Shown here: positions 10,436-20,629 of the stretch, piece after piece
Layout of the letters: the number at the start of each line of letters is the position of its first letter
How positions within the stretch are numbered: position 1 is the first letter of the stretch
Assembly (NCBI GenBank): GCA_000146045.2
Contig: BK006946.2
Span: 832,001-896,000 of the forward strand
Origin: TPA_inf: Saccharomyces
Lineage: Eukaryota
Reading direction: 5' to 3'
DNA: 64,000 nucleotides
Notes under the pieces: generated by a model
What the model saw: only the letters and a program-made list of their open reading frames with translations
Told to the model about the DNA's origin: nothing
Databases searched by the model: none
Program-made: the position numbers and the translations under genes

Positions 10436-13348
10436 TTATAGCTTTTCCAACTCTAACATTCCTTCTAAACAGTCAATTTTTGAAATTTTACAATTCTTCA
10501 CGATATCTCCAATCATCGGATAATGCATAGAACTTGGATGCAATTTTAATGTTCCTCTAGCGAACGATAAGTCTGGAAAAACACATCCAGTAAATCCGTT
10601 CTGCGGTACTGATGTTACCATTACATCGAAAGTCCTTTCTGGCTCTAGTTTGGTTAGCTTTTTTAAATAATTCAGTGTCCAGTACGTCGACGAATTACGG
10701 CTAGCCCTTTTTAAAATATCCGCTCGAGATTGAATTGGCCAGATCAAACTGTCGATTTGTGTTTGATTAAAACATAGAGGCTTTTTCTGCAAATGACGGT
10801 GAATTTGTAGATGATTTATCAAGTCTGGAAAACGACGAAGAGGGGATGTTACTGTCAAATATTGTTTAGCTCCAATCATTTCATGTCTAAAAGGTCGACC
10901 TGTATAAAAACTCGAGTTCAACAATGAAGAAAGCTTAACGATATCTTTTAGCTTGGGAAAAATTCCTTTTTTTGTACTTGTTATCATAGAATCATACTGT
11001 TGTTGTGCTACTTCGCCCAGTGGTAACTGTTTATAACATCTGAACACACCACCGATTTTGTTCTCCGCAAAATATCTACCCGTTAAAGTATTCGCCAAGA
11101 TCATCATTTCTGAAACCAAAATGGTAGACAGCGTCTCCTCTTGATCCGAAAATGTTACCTCAGTCAGTTCTCCTTCTGAATCGGCGTTTAGCATCACTAG
11201 GCCCTTATTAAAGCCCTCCCCGAAAATAACAGCATTACTGTTTTTTATACGTTGTTCTCTCAATAATTTGGAAATCATGGACAAACTTTCCAAATCCTTT
11301 TTGACAGGTGATGCTTCGCTATTGGGTGTACCGAGTATCCTGTCAACATCTTCATAAGTGGCCTTTGGGAAGTTGGACACAATGCCTTTCCGGATTTTAA
11401 AACTGTCATACATAATTTCAATTGATTTTCCACTGCATTTAGAAGTGATTTTAACATCAACAGAGAAGGATATAGTTTTCGTCCTTTGTCCTTGTTTCCC
11501 CAAATCTGATAAGTGACAAATAGATTGAGGTAACATAGGAACAACCGTATCTGGTAAATATGTGGTAAATGATCTTTTCAAGGCAACATTTAGGATATCT
11601 GTACTTATACCCTCAATATCAACATTAGTGCTTTCCGGAAACATAGAAGTTGGATCCGCAATATGAATATATAAAGTGTACAGTCCATCTCTACCATAGT
11701 TTTTCACCGACACGCCGTCATCAATCTCATGCGCAGTTTCAGAGTCTATACAAAAAACCCTAAGATCGCCAAAATCGTACCTATCGTCATCAGTGCCGGA
11801 TTTTTTCCATTGCAATTCTTCTATATTAGTTAAGTCGTAGAGTTTTTGTTGCCATTTCACTAACTTCGAGGAAGCAGGTAATGCTAAATCCATGTTAAGT
11901 AACAATGGATTGGGTATTGAGTTGGGTGTTATCTCATTGATTAAATCTTGACATATATCTCTTGTGATGTCACAATCCTTATAGCGTTCTATCTTTCTGA
12001 ATATTTTTGAGATCAAAGCTACTATAATTCCGTTATTGTGAAAATTCCCAGCAGCAAAATCTTTCAATAATTGGATCACAGAAGGATATAAAGCTGATAT
12101 ATCGCGATATTTCCTTTCATTCACCAATTTTACAAACTTATTGACCTCTCTATAACTGTTGGCTTCTAGCTTCTCTATCACCTGCGCATAATATAAATGT
12201 TGTGATTTTAAGGGAATAATCGTTACTGATATAGGCGACAGCAACGCTGTATTCAGATGGATTTCCCCCCAAAGGTTCGATTCCTGTTGTTGCATAATCG
12301 CCCAGTACGTGGAAACAAAGGTAGGTGAATTTATTGGTATATCGTTTACAGTGTGATAGTTATTAACTAAACTAGTTAAGTAATTTATTCCATTTTTATC
12401 GTCCAAGGCTTTATTTAAATCCAATTTCTGAACTAATCCGACTAGGGTAAAAAAAGGAATCTGCCATGGACCCATATAATTTTGTAATGATCTGTGGAGT
12501 AACTGTAATTTTTTGGTAGTAATGGGCAAATCTTTCCAGGCCAACTTTGAAATTTGGGCTGGATACCTACTTGTTATTAGCTGCCTTGCTACAATAGGCA
12601 AAATATTCGTTTGGTTAGAAAAGTTCTTAACGGTTCCAATTGGCAAATGTTTGTGATGGCTCTCAGGCTGTATAAGTGAATGGATTCCAGCAGGTAATTT
12701 GTGAGGAATCCTCAATAACACCCGGTTTTTGGTCGCAAAGCACATAGTTCCATCAATAGTAACAAAAGTGTATCGAGGATCCATAGTGCTACTTGGAAGA
12801 CTTACACACATCGCCAATTCATTGGGTCTCATTTTTAAAAGAACAAAGTCACCAACATTTAAGGGACTTTCCATTAGCTGAACAGGTTGAAATTCCATTG
12901 GGTTTGGAGCTTTCAGTTTTGTTATTAATTGAAAATCTGAATTTATTAACTTGTAAAGCGGAATTTTTGGTTTTGTTAAAGACCTCCAGGAGTTTACGTA
13001 CCAATCTTCGGAAGGTTTAACATACCTATCTTTATAACGTTGGTTAAATTCCTGTTTAATTTGAGGCAGTTGTTTTAATTCAATATCAGGCTCTAATCCT
13101 TTTGTTCGTTGCAGAAAGTCTTTGTTTATTGATTCTATATCTTTCTCCGGTCCAACCGAACGGTCTACAACTGTCTCTGTAGCTTGATCATTATCTAGCT
13201 CTCGTGTGTGATCTAGTTCTACTTTTGCTTGCTGCTTACTCTTACTTCGCTGTCGTTTGCCTCTGGTAGTTACTCTGAAGCAAGGTGTGTAGGAATGAAA
13301 GCTCCTTGCAATTAGAAGAACATGTACTTTCCGCCTAACTACCATCAC
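10436..13348 (-). CDS. DSS1: Mitochondrial 3'-5' exoribonuclease (RNase II/RNR family), component of the mitochondrial degradosome, about 969-970 aa
   Basis: A 970-aa ORF whose C-terminal half shows an RNB-domain-like sequence. The ORF begins MM..., so the true start may be the second Met (969 aa). Position fits YMR287C. Confidence 0.85.
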   Translation of the reverse strand: MMVVRRKVHVLLIARSFHSYTPCFRVTTRGKRQRSKSKQQAKVELDHTRELDNDQATETVVDRSVGPEKDIESINKDFLQRTKGLEPDIELKQLPQIKQEFNQRYKDRYVKPSEDWYVNSWRSLTKPKIPLYKLINSDFQLITKLKAPNPMEFQPVQLMESPLNVGDFVLLKMRPNELAMCVSLPSSTMDPRYTFVTIDGTMCFATKNRVLLRIPHKLPAGIHSLIQPESHHKHLPIGTVKNFSNQTNILPIVARQLITSRYPAQISKLAWKDLPITTKKLQLLHRSLQNYMGPWQIPFFTLVGLVQKLDLNKALDDKNGINYLTSLVNNYHTVNDIPINSPTFVSTYWAIMQQQESNLWGEIHLNTALLSPISVTIIPLKSQHLYYAQVIEKLEANSYREVNKFVKLVNERKYRDISALYPSVIQLLKDFAAGNFHNNGIIVALISKIFRKIERYKDCDITRDICQDLINEITPNSIPNPLLLNMDLALPASSKLVKWQQKLYDLTNIEELQWKKSGTDDDRYDFGDLRVFCIDSETAHEIDDGVSVKNYGRDGLYTLYIHIADPTSMFPESTNVDIEGISTDILNVALKRSFTTYLPDTVVPMLPQSICHLSDLGKQGQRTKTISFSVDVKITSKCSGKSIEIMYDSFKIRKGIVSNFPKATYEDVDRILGTPNSEASPVKKDLESLSMISKLLREQRIKNSNAVIFGEGFNKGLVMLNADSEGELTEVTFSDQEETLSTILVSEMMILANTLTGRYFAENKIGGVFRCYKQLPLGEVAQQQYDSMITSTKKGIFPKLKDIVKLSSLLNSSFYTGRPFRHEMIGAKQYLTVTSPLRRFPDLINHLQIHRHLQKKPLCFNQTQIDSLIWPIQSRADILKRASRNSSTYWTLNYLKKLTKLEPERTFDVMVTSVPQNGFTGCVFPDLSFARGTLKLHPSSMHYPMIGDIVKNCKISKIDCLEGMLELEKL

Positions 13349-13570
13349 CTGTCTTTATTTATTCCGCTGACAGATATGCACAACCAATTATCGTCTCTTG
13401 AAAGCTTTTTAGACGTGATTGCTGTTATTTGGCACGTTGTTAGTATTTAAGCTTATTCGGGTTTGCATTGATATTTGCCCGAGCAGAAATCTCCTTCTCG
13501 ATGAGTTAGAACTGAAACATCTCTTCAATTACTTATACATAATAAACATAGAAAGCCAGGACCTGTCATC

Positions 13571-16486
13571 ATGAGTCATCCGATTCAATTTGTAAACGCT
13601 AATAATAGCGATAAGAGCCACCAATTAGGCGGTCAATATTCTATTCCTCAGGATTTGAGGGAAAACCTGCAGAAAGAAGCTGCACGTATTGGTGAGAACG
13701 AAAAAGATGTGCTACAGGAAAAAATGGAAACTAGGACAGTGCAAAATCGAGAGGATTCATACCACAAAAGAAGGTTTGATATGAAGTTTGAGCCGGATTC
13801 CGATACACAAACTGTTACGTCTTCAGAAAATACCCAAGACGCTGTCGTGCCAAGGAAAAGAAAATCTCGTTGGGATGTAAAAGGGTACGAGCCACCTGAT
13901 GAATCTTCAACAGCGGTCAAAGAAAACTCTGATAGTGCTTTGGTTAATGTAGAAGGAATCCATGATTTGATGTTTTTTAAACCTTCTGACCATAAATATT
14001 TCGCCGACGTTATATCCAAAAAACCCATAGATGAGTTAAATAAGGATGAAAAGAAAGAAAGAACCCTGTCGATGTTACTTCTGAAAATAAAAAATGGCAA
14101 TACAGCGAGTAGGAGGACTTCTATGCGGATTTTAACCGATAAAGCTGTTACATTTGGTCCAGAAATGATATTTAACCGCTTATTGCCCATATTACTAGAC
14201 AGAAGTTTGGAAGACCAGGAAAGACATCTAATGATCAAGACCATAGATCGCGTCCTTTACCAGCTAGGAGATTTAACAAAACCTTACGTTCACAAAATAC
14301 TTGTAGTAGCTGCCCCATTGCTAATAGATGAAGATCCAATGGTTCGTTCAACAGGCCAGGAGATAATCACCAATCTGTCTACAGTCGCTGGCCTAAAAAC
14401 CATTCTAACAGTAATGAGACCTGATATTGAGAATGAGGATGAGTATGTTAGAAATGTAACTTCAAGAGCGGCGGCTGTGGTGGCAAAAGCCCTTGGTGTT
14501 AATCAATTGCTTCCTTTCATCAATGCAGCATGCCACTCACGGAAGTCTTGGAAAGCAAGGCATACTGGCATAAAAATTGTGCAGCAAATAGGTATACTTT
14601 TGGGAATAGGTGTCTTGAATCATCTTACTGGGCTGATGAGTTGTATCAAAGACTGCCTAATGGATGATCACGTTCCGGTGCGAATTGTTACAGCACATAC
14701 TTTATCAACACTAGCAGAAAATTCTTATCCATATGGTATCGAAGTTTTCAACGTTGTACTGGAGCCATTATGGAAGGGTATAAGAAGTCATCGTGGTAAA
14801 GTGCTATCTTCTTTTTTAAAAGCTGTTGGATCTATGATCCCATTGATGGACCCAGAGTATGCCGGTTATTATACCACAGAAGCAATGAGAATAATTAGAC
14901 GTGAATTCGACTCTCCCGATGATGAAATGAAAAAGACCATTCTTTTAGTATTACAAAAATGTAGCGCTGTAGAATCCATAACGCCAAAATTTCTGAGAGA
15001 AGAAATCGCGCCAGAATTCTTTCAAAAATTTTGGGTCAGACGAGTGGCATTGGATAGACCATTAAACAAAGTTGTTACATATACTACTGTTACATTAGCA
15101 AAGAAATTAGGTTGTTCTTATACCATTGATAAATTATTAACACCATTGAGAGATGAAGCTGAGCCGTTCAGAACAATGGCTGTCCATGCTGTTACTAGAA
15201 CAGTAAACTTATTAGGGACAGCAGATTTAGATGAGAGATTAGAAACGAGGCTTATTGATGCGCTCTTGATAGCATTTCAAGAACAAACAAATAGTGATTC
15301 TATAATCTTTAAAGGGTTTGGGGCAGTGACGGTGTCACTTGACATCCGTATGAAACCGTTTTTAGCACCCATTGTGAGTACGATTTTAAATCATTTAAAG
15401 CATAAAACTCCCTTGGTTCGTCAACATGCAGCAGATCTATGTGCCATACTAATACCAGTCATCAAGAACTGTCACGAATTCGAAATGTTGAATAAATTGA
15501 ACATTATATTGTATGAATCCTTAGGCGAAGTATATCCAGAGGTATTAGGTTCTATAATCAACGCTATGTACTGTATTACTAGCGTAATGGATTTGGATAA
15601 ACTACAACCTCCTATTAATCAAATTTTACCAACCTTAACTCCAATTTTAAGAAACAAGCATAGAAAAGTCGAAGTAAACACTATCAAATTTGTTGGACTT
15701 ATTGGTAAATTAGCACCTACCTATGCACCTCCTAAAGAATGGATGAGAATATGTTTTGAACTATTAGAACTTTTGAAAAGTACAAATAAAGAAATAAGAA
15801 GATCAGCAAATGCCACGTTTGGATTCATTGCTGAAGCAATTGGACCTCACGATGTTCTTGTTGCGTTATTGAACAATTTAAAGGTTCAAGAACGTCAGTT
15901 ACGTGTATGCACGGCTGTTGCTATCGGTATCGTTGCTAAAGTGTGTGGTCCTTACAACGTGCTGCCAGTAATCATGAATGAATACACAACACCAGAGACT
16001 AATGTTCAAAACGGTGTTCTCAAGGCCATGTCATTCATGTTTGAGTACATTGGTAACATGTCTAAGGATTACATATACTTCATAACACCATTATTAGAAG
16101 ATGCACTCACCGATAGGGATTTAGTTCATCGTCAGACAGCGTCGAACGTAATAACCCACTTAGCTTTAAACTGTTCAGGTACAGGTCACGAAGATGCCTT
16201 CATTCATTTAATGAATCTTCTAATACCCAATATTTTTGAAACTTCACCACATGCTATTATGCGTATTTTAGAAGGTTTGGAGGCACTGAGTCAAGCTCTT
16301 GGCCCTGGACTATTCATGAACTACATATGGGCAGGATTGTTCCATCCAGCGAAGAATGTAAGGAAAGCATTTTGGAGGGTGTATAATAACATGTACGTAA
16401 TGTACCAGGACGCCATGGTACCTTTTTACCCCGTTACACCAGACAACAATGAAGAATATATAGAAGAACTGGATTTAGTTCTGTGA
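13571..16486 (+). CDS. HSH155: U2 snRNP SF3b complex subunit (SF3B1 orthologue), HEAT-repeat protein, 971 aa
   Basis: Complete 971-aa ORF with a long HEAT-repeat C-terminal region that is highly conserved with SF3B1. Fits YMR288W. Confidence 0.9.
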   Translation: MSHPIQFVNANNSDKSHQLGGQYSIPQDLRENLQKEAARIGENEKDVLQEKMETRTVQNREDSYHKRRFDMKFEPDSDTQTVTSSENTQDAVVPRKRKSRWDVKGYEPPDESSTAVKENSDSALVNVEGIHDLMFFKPSDHKYFADVISKKPIDELNKDEKKERTLSMLLLKIKNGNTASRRTSMRILTDKAVTFGPEMIFNRLLPILLDRSLEDQERHLMIKTIDRVLYQLGDLTKPYVHKILVVAAPLLIDEDPMVRSTGQEIITNLSTVAGLKTILTVMRPDIENEDEYVRNVTSRAAAVVAKALGVNQLLPFINAACHSRKSWKARHTGIKIVQQIGILLGIGVLNHLTGLMSCIKDCLMDDHVPVRIVTAHTLSTLAENSYPYGIEVFNVVLEPLWKGIRSHRGKVLSSFLKAVGSMIPLMDPEYAGYYTTEAMRIIRREFDSPDDEMKKTILLVLQKCSAVESITPKFLREEIAPEFFQKFWVRRVALDRPLNKVVTYTTVTLAKKLGCSYTIDKLLTPLRDEAEPFRTMAVHAVTRTVNLLGTADLDERLETRLIDALLIAFQEQTNSDSIIFKGFGAVTVSLDIRMKPFLAPIVSTILNHLKHKTPLVRQHAADLCAILIPVIKNCHEFEMLNKLNIILYESLGEVYPEVLGSIINAMYCITSVMDLDKLQPPINQILPTLTPILRNKHRKVEVNTIKFVGLIGKLAPTYAPPKEWMRICFELLELLKSTNKEIRRSANATFGFIAEAIGPHDVLVALLNNLKVQERQLRVCTAVAIGIVAKVCGPYNVLPVIMNEYTTPETNVQNGVLKAMSFMFEYIGNMSKDYIYFITPLLEDALTDRDLVHRQTASNVITHLALNCSGTGHEDAFIHLMNLLIPNIFETSPHAIMRILEGLEALSQALGPGLFMNYIWAGLFHPAKNVRKAFWRVYNNMYVMYQDAMVPFYPVTPDNNEEYIEELDLVL

Positions 16487-16684
16487 ATATATATAGAGCA
16501 TATAAATAACCACAACTTGTAAGAATATTTTACTTGACACACCTATATCATCACGTCACGATGCCTTCATAGATTATGATGAAATATAAACAGAACCTGC
16601 TATTGGAAAAAAAAGGGCAGGAAAAAATTTTGTGAAAGTGAGTAAAAGAAAGATGAAGAGCGAGACATGGATAATAAGAAATAG

Positions 16685-17809
16685 ATGTCACTAATGGACA
16701 ATTGGAAGACTGATATGGAAAGTTACGATGAAGGAGGCCTAGTTGCTAATCCGAACTTCGAGGTTCTGGCCACTTTCAGGTACGACCCTGGTTTTGCACG
16801 CCAGTCAGCGTCAAAGAAAGAGATCTTTGAAACTCCAGACCCTCGATTAGGTTTGAGAGACGAAGATATTAGGCAGCAGATAATTAATGAGGATTACTCA
16901 AGTTATTTACGAGTAAGGGAGGTTAATTCCGGCGGTGACCTTCTCGAAAATATTCAGCATCCTGATGCTTGGAAGCATGATTGCAAGACCATTGTGTGCC
17001 AGCGTGTAGAAGATATGCTACAAGTCATTTATGAACGATTTTTTTTATTAGATGAACAATACCAAAGAATAAGAATAGCATTATCATACTTTAAAATTGA
17101 CTTCAGCACGTCTCTGAATGATTTATTGAAGTTATTGGTTGAAAACTTGATTAATTGTAAAGAAGGAAATTCAGAGTATCACGAAAAAATTCAAAAAATG
17201 ATCAACGAAAGGCAATGCTATAAAATGCGGGTACTTGTCTCTAAGACAGGAGATATACGAATTGAGGCAATTCCAATGCCTATGGAGCCTATCCTAAAAT
17301 TAACAACCGATTATGACAGTGTTTCCACATACTTCATCAAAACGATGCTCAATGGATTTTTAATTGATAGCACAATAAATTGGGATGTTGTTGTTTCATC
17401 TGAACCATTGAACGCATCAGCTTTCACCAGTTTTAAAACCACTTCAAGAGATCATTACGCTAGGGCGAGAGTTCGCATGCAAACTGCTATAAATAACTTA
17501 AGAGGTTCAGAACCTACTTCTTCTGTCTCGCAATGCGAAATTTTATTTTCCAACAAATCTGGCCTGCTGATGGAAGGTTCAATAACAAACGTGGCTGTAA
17601 TTCAAAAAGATCCTAACGGTTCTAAAAAGTATGTGACACCAAGATTAGCAACTGGATGTTTGTGCGGAACAATGCGTCATTATTTATTGCGGCTCGGCCT
17701 TATTGAAGAGGGAGATATAGATATAGGAAGCCTTACCGTTGGCAACGAAGTTTTGCTTTTCAATGGCGTCATGGGATGCATAAAGGGAACAGTGAAGACA
17801 AAATATTGA
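16685..17809 (+). CDS. ABZ2: Aminodeoxychorismate lyase (folate/pABA biosynthesis), class IV aminotransferase-like, 374 aa
   Basis: Complete 374-aa ORF. Length and position fit YMR289W. Confidence 0.8.
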   Translation: MSLMDNWKTDMESYDEGGLVANPNFEVLATFRYDPGFARQSASKKEIFETPDPRLGLRDEDIRQQIINEDYSSYLRVREVNSGGDLLENIQHPDAWKHDCKTIVCQRVEDMLQVIYERFFLLDEQYQRIRIALSYFKIDFSTSLNDLLKLLVENLINCKEGNSEYHEKIQKMINERQCYKMRVLVSKTGDIRIEAIPMPMEPILKLTTDYDSVSTYFIKTMLNGFLIDSTINWDVVVSSEPLNASAFTSFKTTSRDHYARARVRMQTAINNLRGSEPTSSVSQCEILFSNKSGLLMEGSITNVAVIQKDPNGSKKYVTPRLATGCLCGTMRHYLLRLGLIEEGDIDIGSLTVGNEVLLFNGVMGCIKGTVKTKY

Positions 17810-18073
17810 GCAGACGACAGATTTTCATATCAATGAAGTTTTTTTACAATAGTTTACAAATCATGATTTTACATACTCAAATATGTGCAGGTTGATACAG
17901 ACAACGTACGTAGAAGACAACAAACAGAAAACAGCGGTTTATACATTTATTTAAATGACATACAGTGGAGAAGCAGAGAAAGGAAAAGGAGTGCGATGAG
18001 AACAGAAGATGAATACTTCGGTTGTGTTGGTTCCACGTACACATTAATAGCATTAAAAATTGATCCTCTGAAA

Positions 18074-19591
18074 TTACTTATGAGTTTTACGTCTTTTGGT
18101 ATTTGGCGTTTTTCCACTGGCACCAATTGTAATGTTAACCTTTGGAGGGACTGGAAAACCGTAAGACTTTGCTACTTTGGCTAAATCCAGCTTATCGATT
18201 TGATAGACAGTTTTCAAAGAGTGGGAAGCGTACGCTTGTAAATAAGATCTATAACCATCCTTGGCTGTTTGATGTAGATAATAGTTGGATTTAATTAATT
18301 TTTCTAATTGTGATTGAACGTTTGCAATTTTGTTTTCCGGGAATTCGTACTCATTTAATGGGACCTTGGAAGCCTTTAGATATCTTAAAAACCCTAATTC
18401 ATTAGGTGTTAAAAACATTAAAGATTTACCCTTACCTTTAGTGCCTCTTGCGGTTCTTCCGACTCTATGAATATAATCTCTTGGATCATCAGGAGGGTCG
18501 AATTGAATGATCCAGTCCACAGCAGGGATATCTAGCCCTCTAGCTGCGACATCTGTACAAATCAAGATACCTCTTTCCGCATTACAGAATTCGAAAAATG
18601 TATTTGTTCTCTTTTGTTGTTTTTGCTTACCGTGTAATTCGAGGACTGGCAAATCAATATAGTTCAATAATTCAGCGTAATATTTCACAGAGTTACAAGA
18701 TGATAAAAATACAATAATTTTCTTTTTTTGATTTCTTTTCAAGAAAGAAAATAACAACAAAAATCTCTTATCACTGTCACATACCACATAGCCTTGTTCT
18801 AATCCATCTGCGGTGGAGTTGTCGGTTTCAGGAACGACATTAATGAAAAGAGGGCCCGGTCTCAGCGAGATTCTAGCCAAATCCTCAACTTTGGTCGTTT
18901 GTGTAGCTGAAAATAACATGGATTGCCTATCTTCGTTTGGCAAGATCTTAATTATCTGCCTCATTTCATCTTCAAACCCAATTTCTAAGATTCTGTCCGC
19001 TTCATCGATAATCAAAGCCTTCAAGTTCTTGAATACAAATCCTTTTGTATTTTGTAAGTGATCCAATAATCTTCCAGGGGTAGCAATCAACATGTTAACA
19101 CCTTTCATCAATTTTTCGGCTTCCTGTCTTCTATTTGCACCACCAATGACAATACCAAATGTCTGTGAATGGAATTCCATTAACTCTCTTGCCACTCCAA
19201 AAATCTGTAAAGCCAACTCTCTTGTAGGCGTAATGACAATTATACCGGTACCATTTCTTGGTTTGAATTTCAAAGAATGCAATAGTTCAATAGCAGGGAT
19301 GAGAAACGCTAGAGTTTTACCAGAACCTGTCTTGGCAGCACCAAGAACATCCCTACCGGCCAAAAGAGGTGGGATAGTCCTTGCCTGAACAGAAGTCATA
19401 GTGGTAAATCCCATCTTTTCAATGGCCTTTAAAGTTGGCTGTGATAACTTTAGTTCTTCGAACTTTTCCACACAAGTAGTTTGTTCTCCCTCAGGTGCGG
19501 CATTGTTTTGTTTTGAAGTGCTCTTTTCATCTACTACAGGTTCTTCTGTAGATTCAGAATCTCTAGAACGTTTATTTGACGGGGTAGCCAT
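18074..19591 (-). CDS. HAS1: DEAD-box ATP-dependent RNA helicase for 40S/60S ribosome biogenesis, 505 aa
   Basis: Helicase motifs are visible: Q-motif region, Walker [13 protein letters not shown] (IIDEADRIL), SAT, and HRVGRTAR motif VI. Fits YMR290C. Confidence 0.95.
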
Positions 19592-19691
19592 ACTTCTCCT
19601 GTTAATATTGCTCAGCTTATCTAATTATTATAGTATACAGTTATCCAATAGCTATGTACTCAAGTACCGTGTATACACTATAAAATCTCAT

Positions 19692-19699
19692 CTCATCGC
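19692..19699 (-). promoter_or_regulatory. PAC element (GCGATGAG) in the HAS1 promoter
   Basis: ctcatcgc on the + strand is GCGATGAG on the HAS1 strand, about 100 bp upstream of the HAS1 ATG. This is the ribosome-biogenesis regulon motif. Confidence 0.6.
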
Positions 19700-19713
19700 T
19701 AAAGCTAATATTG

Positions 19714-19735
19714 AAAAAAAAAAAAAAAAAAAAAA
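19714..19735. repeat. Poly(dA:dT) homopolymer, A22
   Basis: A run of 22 consecutive A in the HAS1 promoter region. This is likely a nucleosome-excluding tract and is prone to length polymorphism. Confidence 0.9.
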
Positions 19736-19747
19736 GAAAAAGCAAAT

Positions 19748-19757
19748 AAAAAATTTT
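19748..19757. promoter_or_regulatory. RRPE-like element (AAAAAATTTT) in the HAS1 promoter
   Basis: An exact A6T4 motif about 50 bp distal to the PAC element. The PAC+RRPE pairing is typical of ribosome-biogenesis genes. Confidence 0.55.
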
Positions 19758-20629
19758 CAATTCGGGTAACGAAGAATCGACTCTCGCCGGGTAAACAATT
19801 CTTAGTCGTCATACACTCCTCTTTACGTTAAGAAAATAGAAGTAGCAGCGCTTTGTAAAGCATTAAAGCGTCATGGATTGCAAAATACACATAATATATC
19901 ACTTGTGATAGTGAGAAATGGAATGAAGTGGTTTAAGATGCTCTTTTACCAATAAACATATTGCGCCTATCAAATCATTTTCCACCCCTGTTAACTGATA
20001 CAGATATAGCCTTACATATAACTTTTGCACTCCCTAAAATTACCATGGCTGTTCACCGCCTGCTATCATCCATGTTTTTACATACATCTATTAGGTTTGC
20101 CATCTTAGCCGCCGAAGCTATCGTTGCCGGTACAGGCGCTCCTTGAATAACCCCCTCCCCCCCACGCTATTCTTCAAATTCCGATTTCAGCTTCTCTTTG
20201 TTTTTCCTTTTTTGGCACCTCGGAAAAACCTCCACGTGTTAGGTTATTCCGCCGATTCCACGGGTGGGGTGCTACCAAGACTCCTGAAAAAGAAACTGTA
20301 TGACGAAAAGAAAAAAAAAAAGCTGCTTGAATTCCAACACCGCTTTCTTGTTCTGACAATAGAAAGGGGGATTCCTAAAAAAAGAAAAAGAGGGCGGGGT
20401 TTATCATGTACTCAGAATATGAAAACGTGTCGAACGGGGATGACTTCTTCTGCTTCTTTACTTCTTTCTATTTAGAGTGACAGTTTTTTTATTTGTTTTG
20501 CTAACTTGTTTATTTATTAATTTCTTGTTTGCTCCTTCAGTTACCTACCACGACTGTCTCAGCCAAACCGCGATATTTTCATACAATTGACATTACAACA
20601 GTTCAAAAAGAAAAATACACATCCAGGAT

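Noticed and set aside
11275-11544. 89-aa ORF inside DSS1 on the same strand in a different frame
   Set aside because: It is an out-of-frame nested ORF within a well-supported gene with no independent signal.
13648-14244. 198-aa ORF antisense to HSH155
   Set aside because: It lies entirely inside and opposite to a strongly conserved 971-aa gene. The sequence is low-complexity and Ser/Leu-rich, as expected from reverse-reading a coding strand, so it is most likely spurious.
18813-19388. Two + strand ORFs (82 and 98 aa) antisense to HAS1
   Set aside because: They overlap the conserved DEAD-box helicase coding region on the opposite strand. They match the 'dubious ORF' class in yeast annotation and have no support from the sequence itself.
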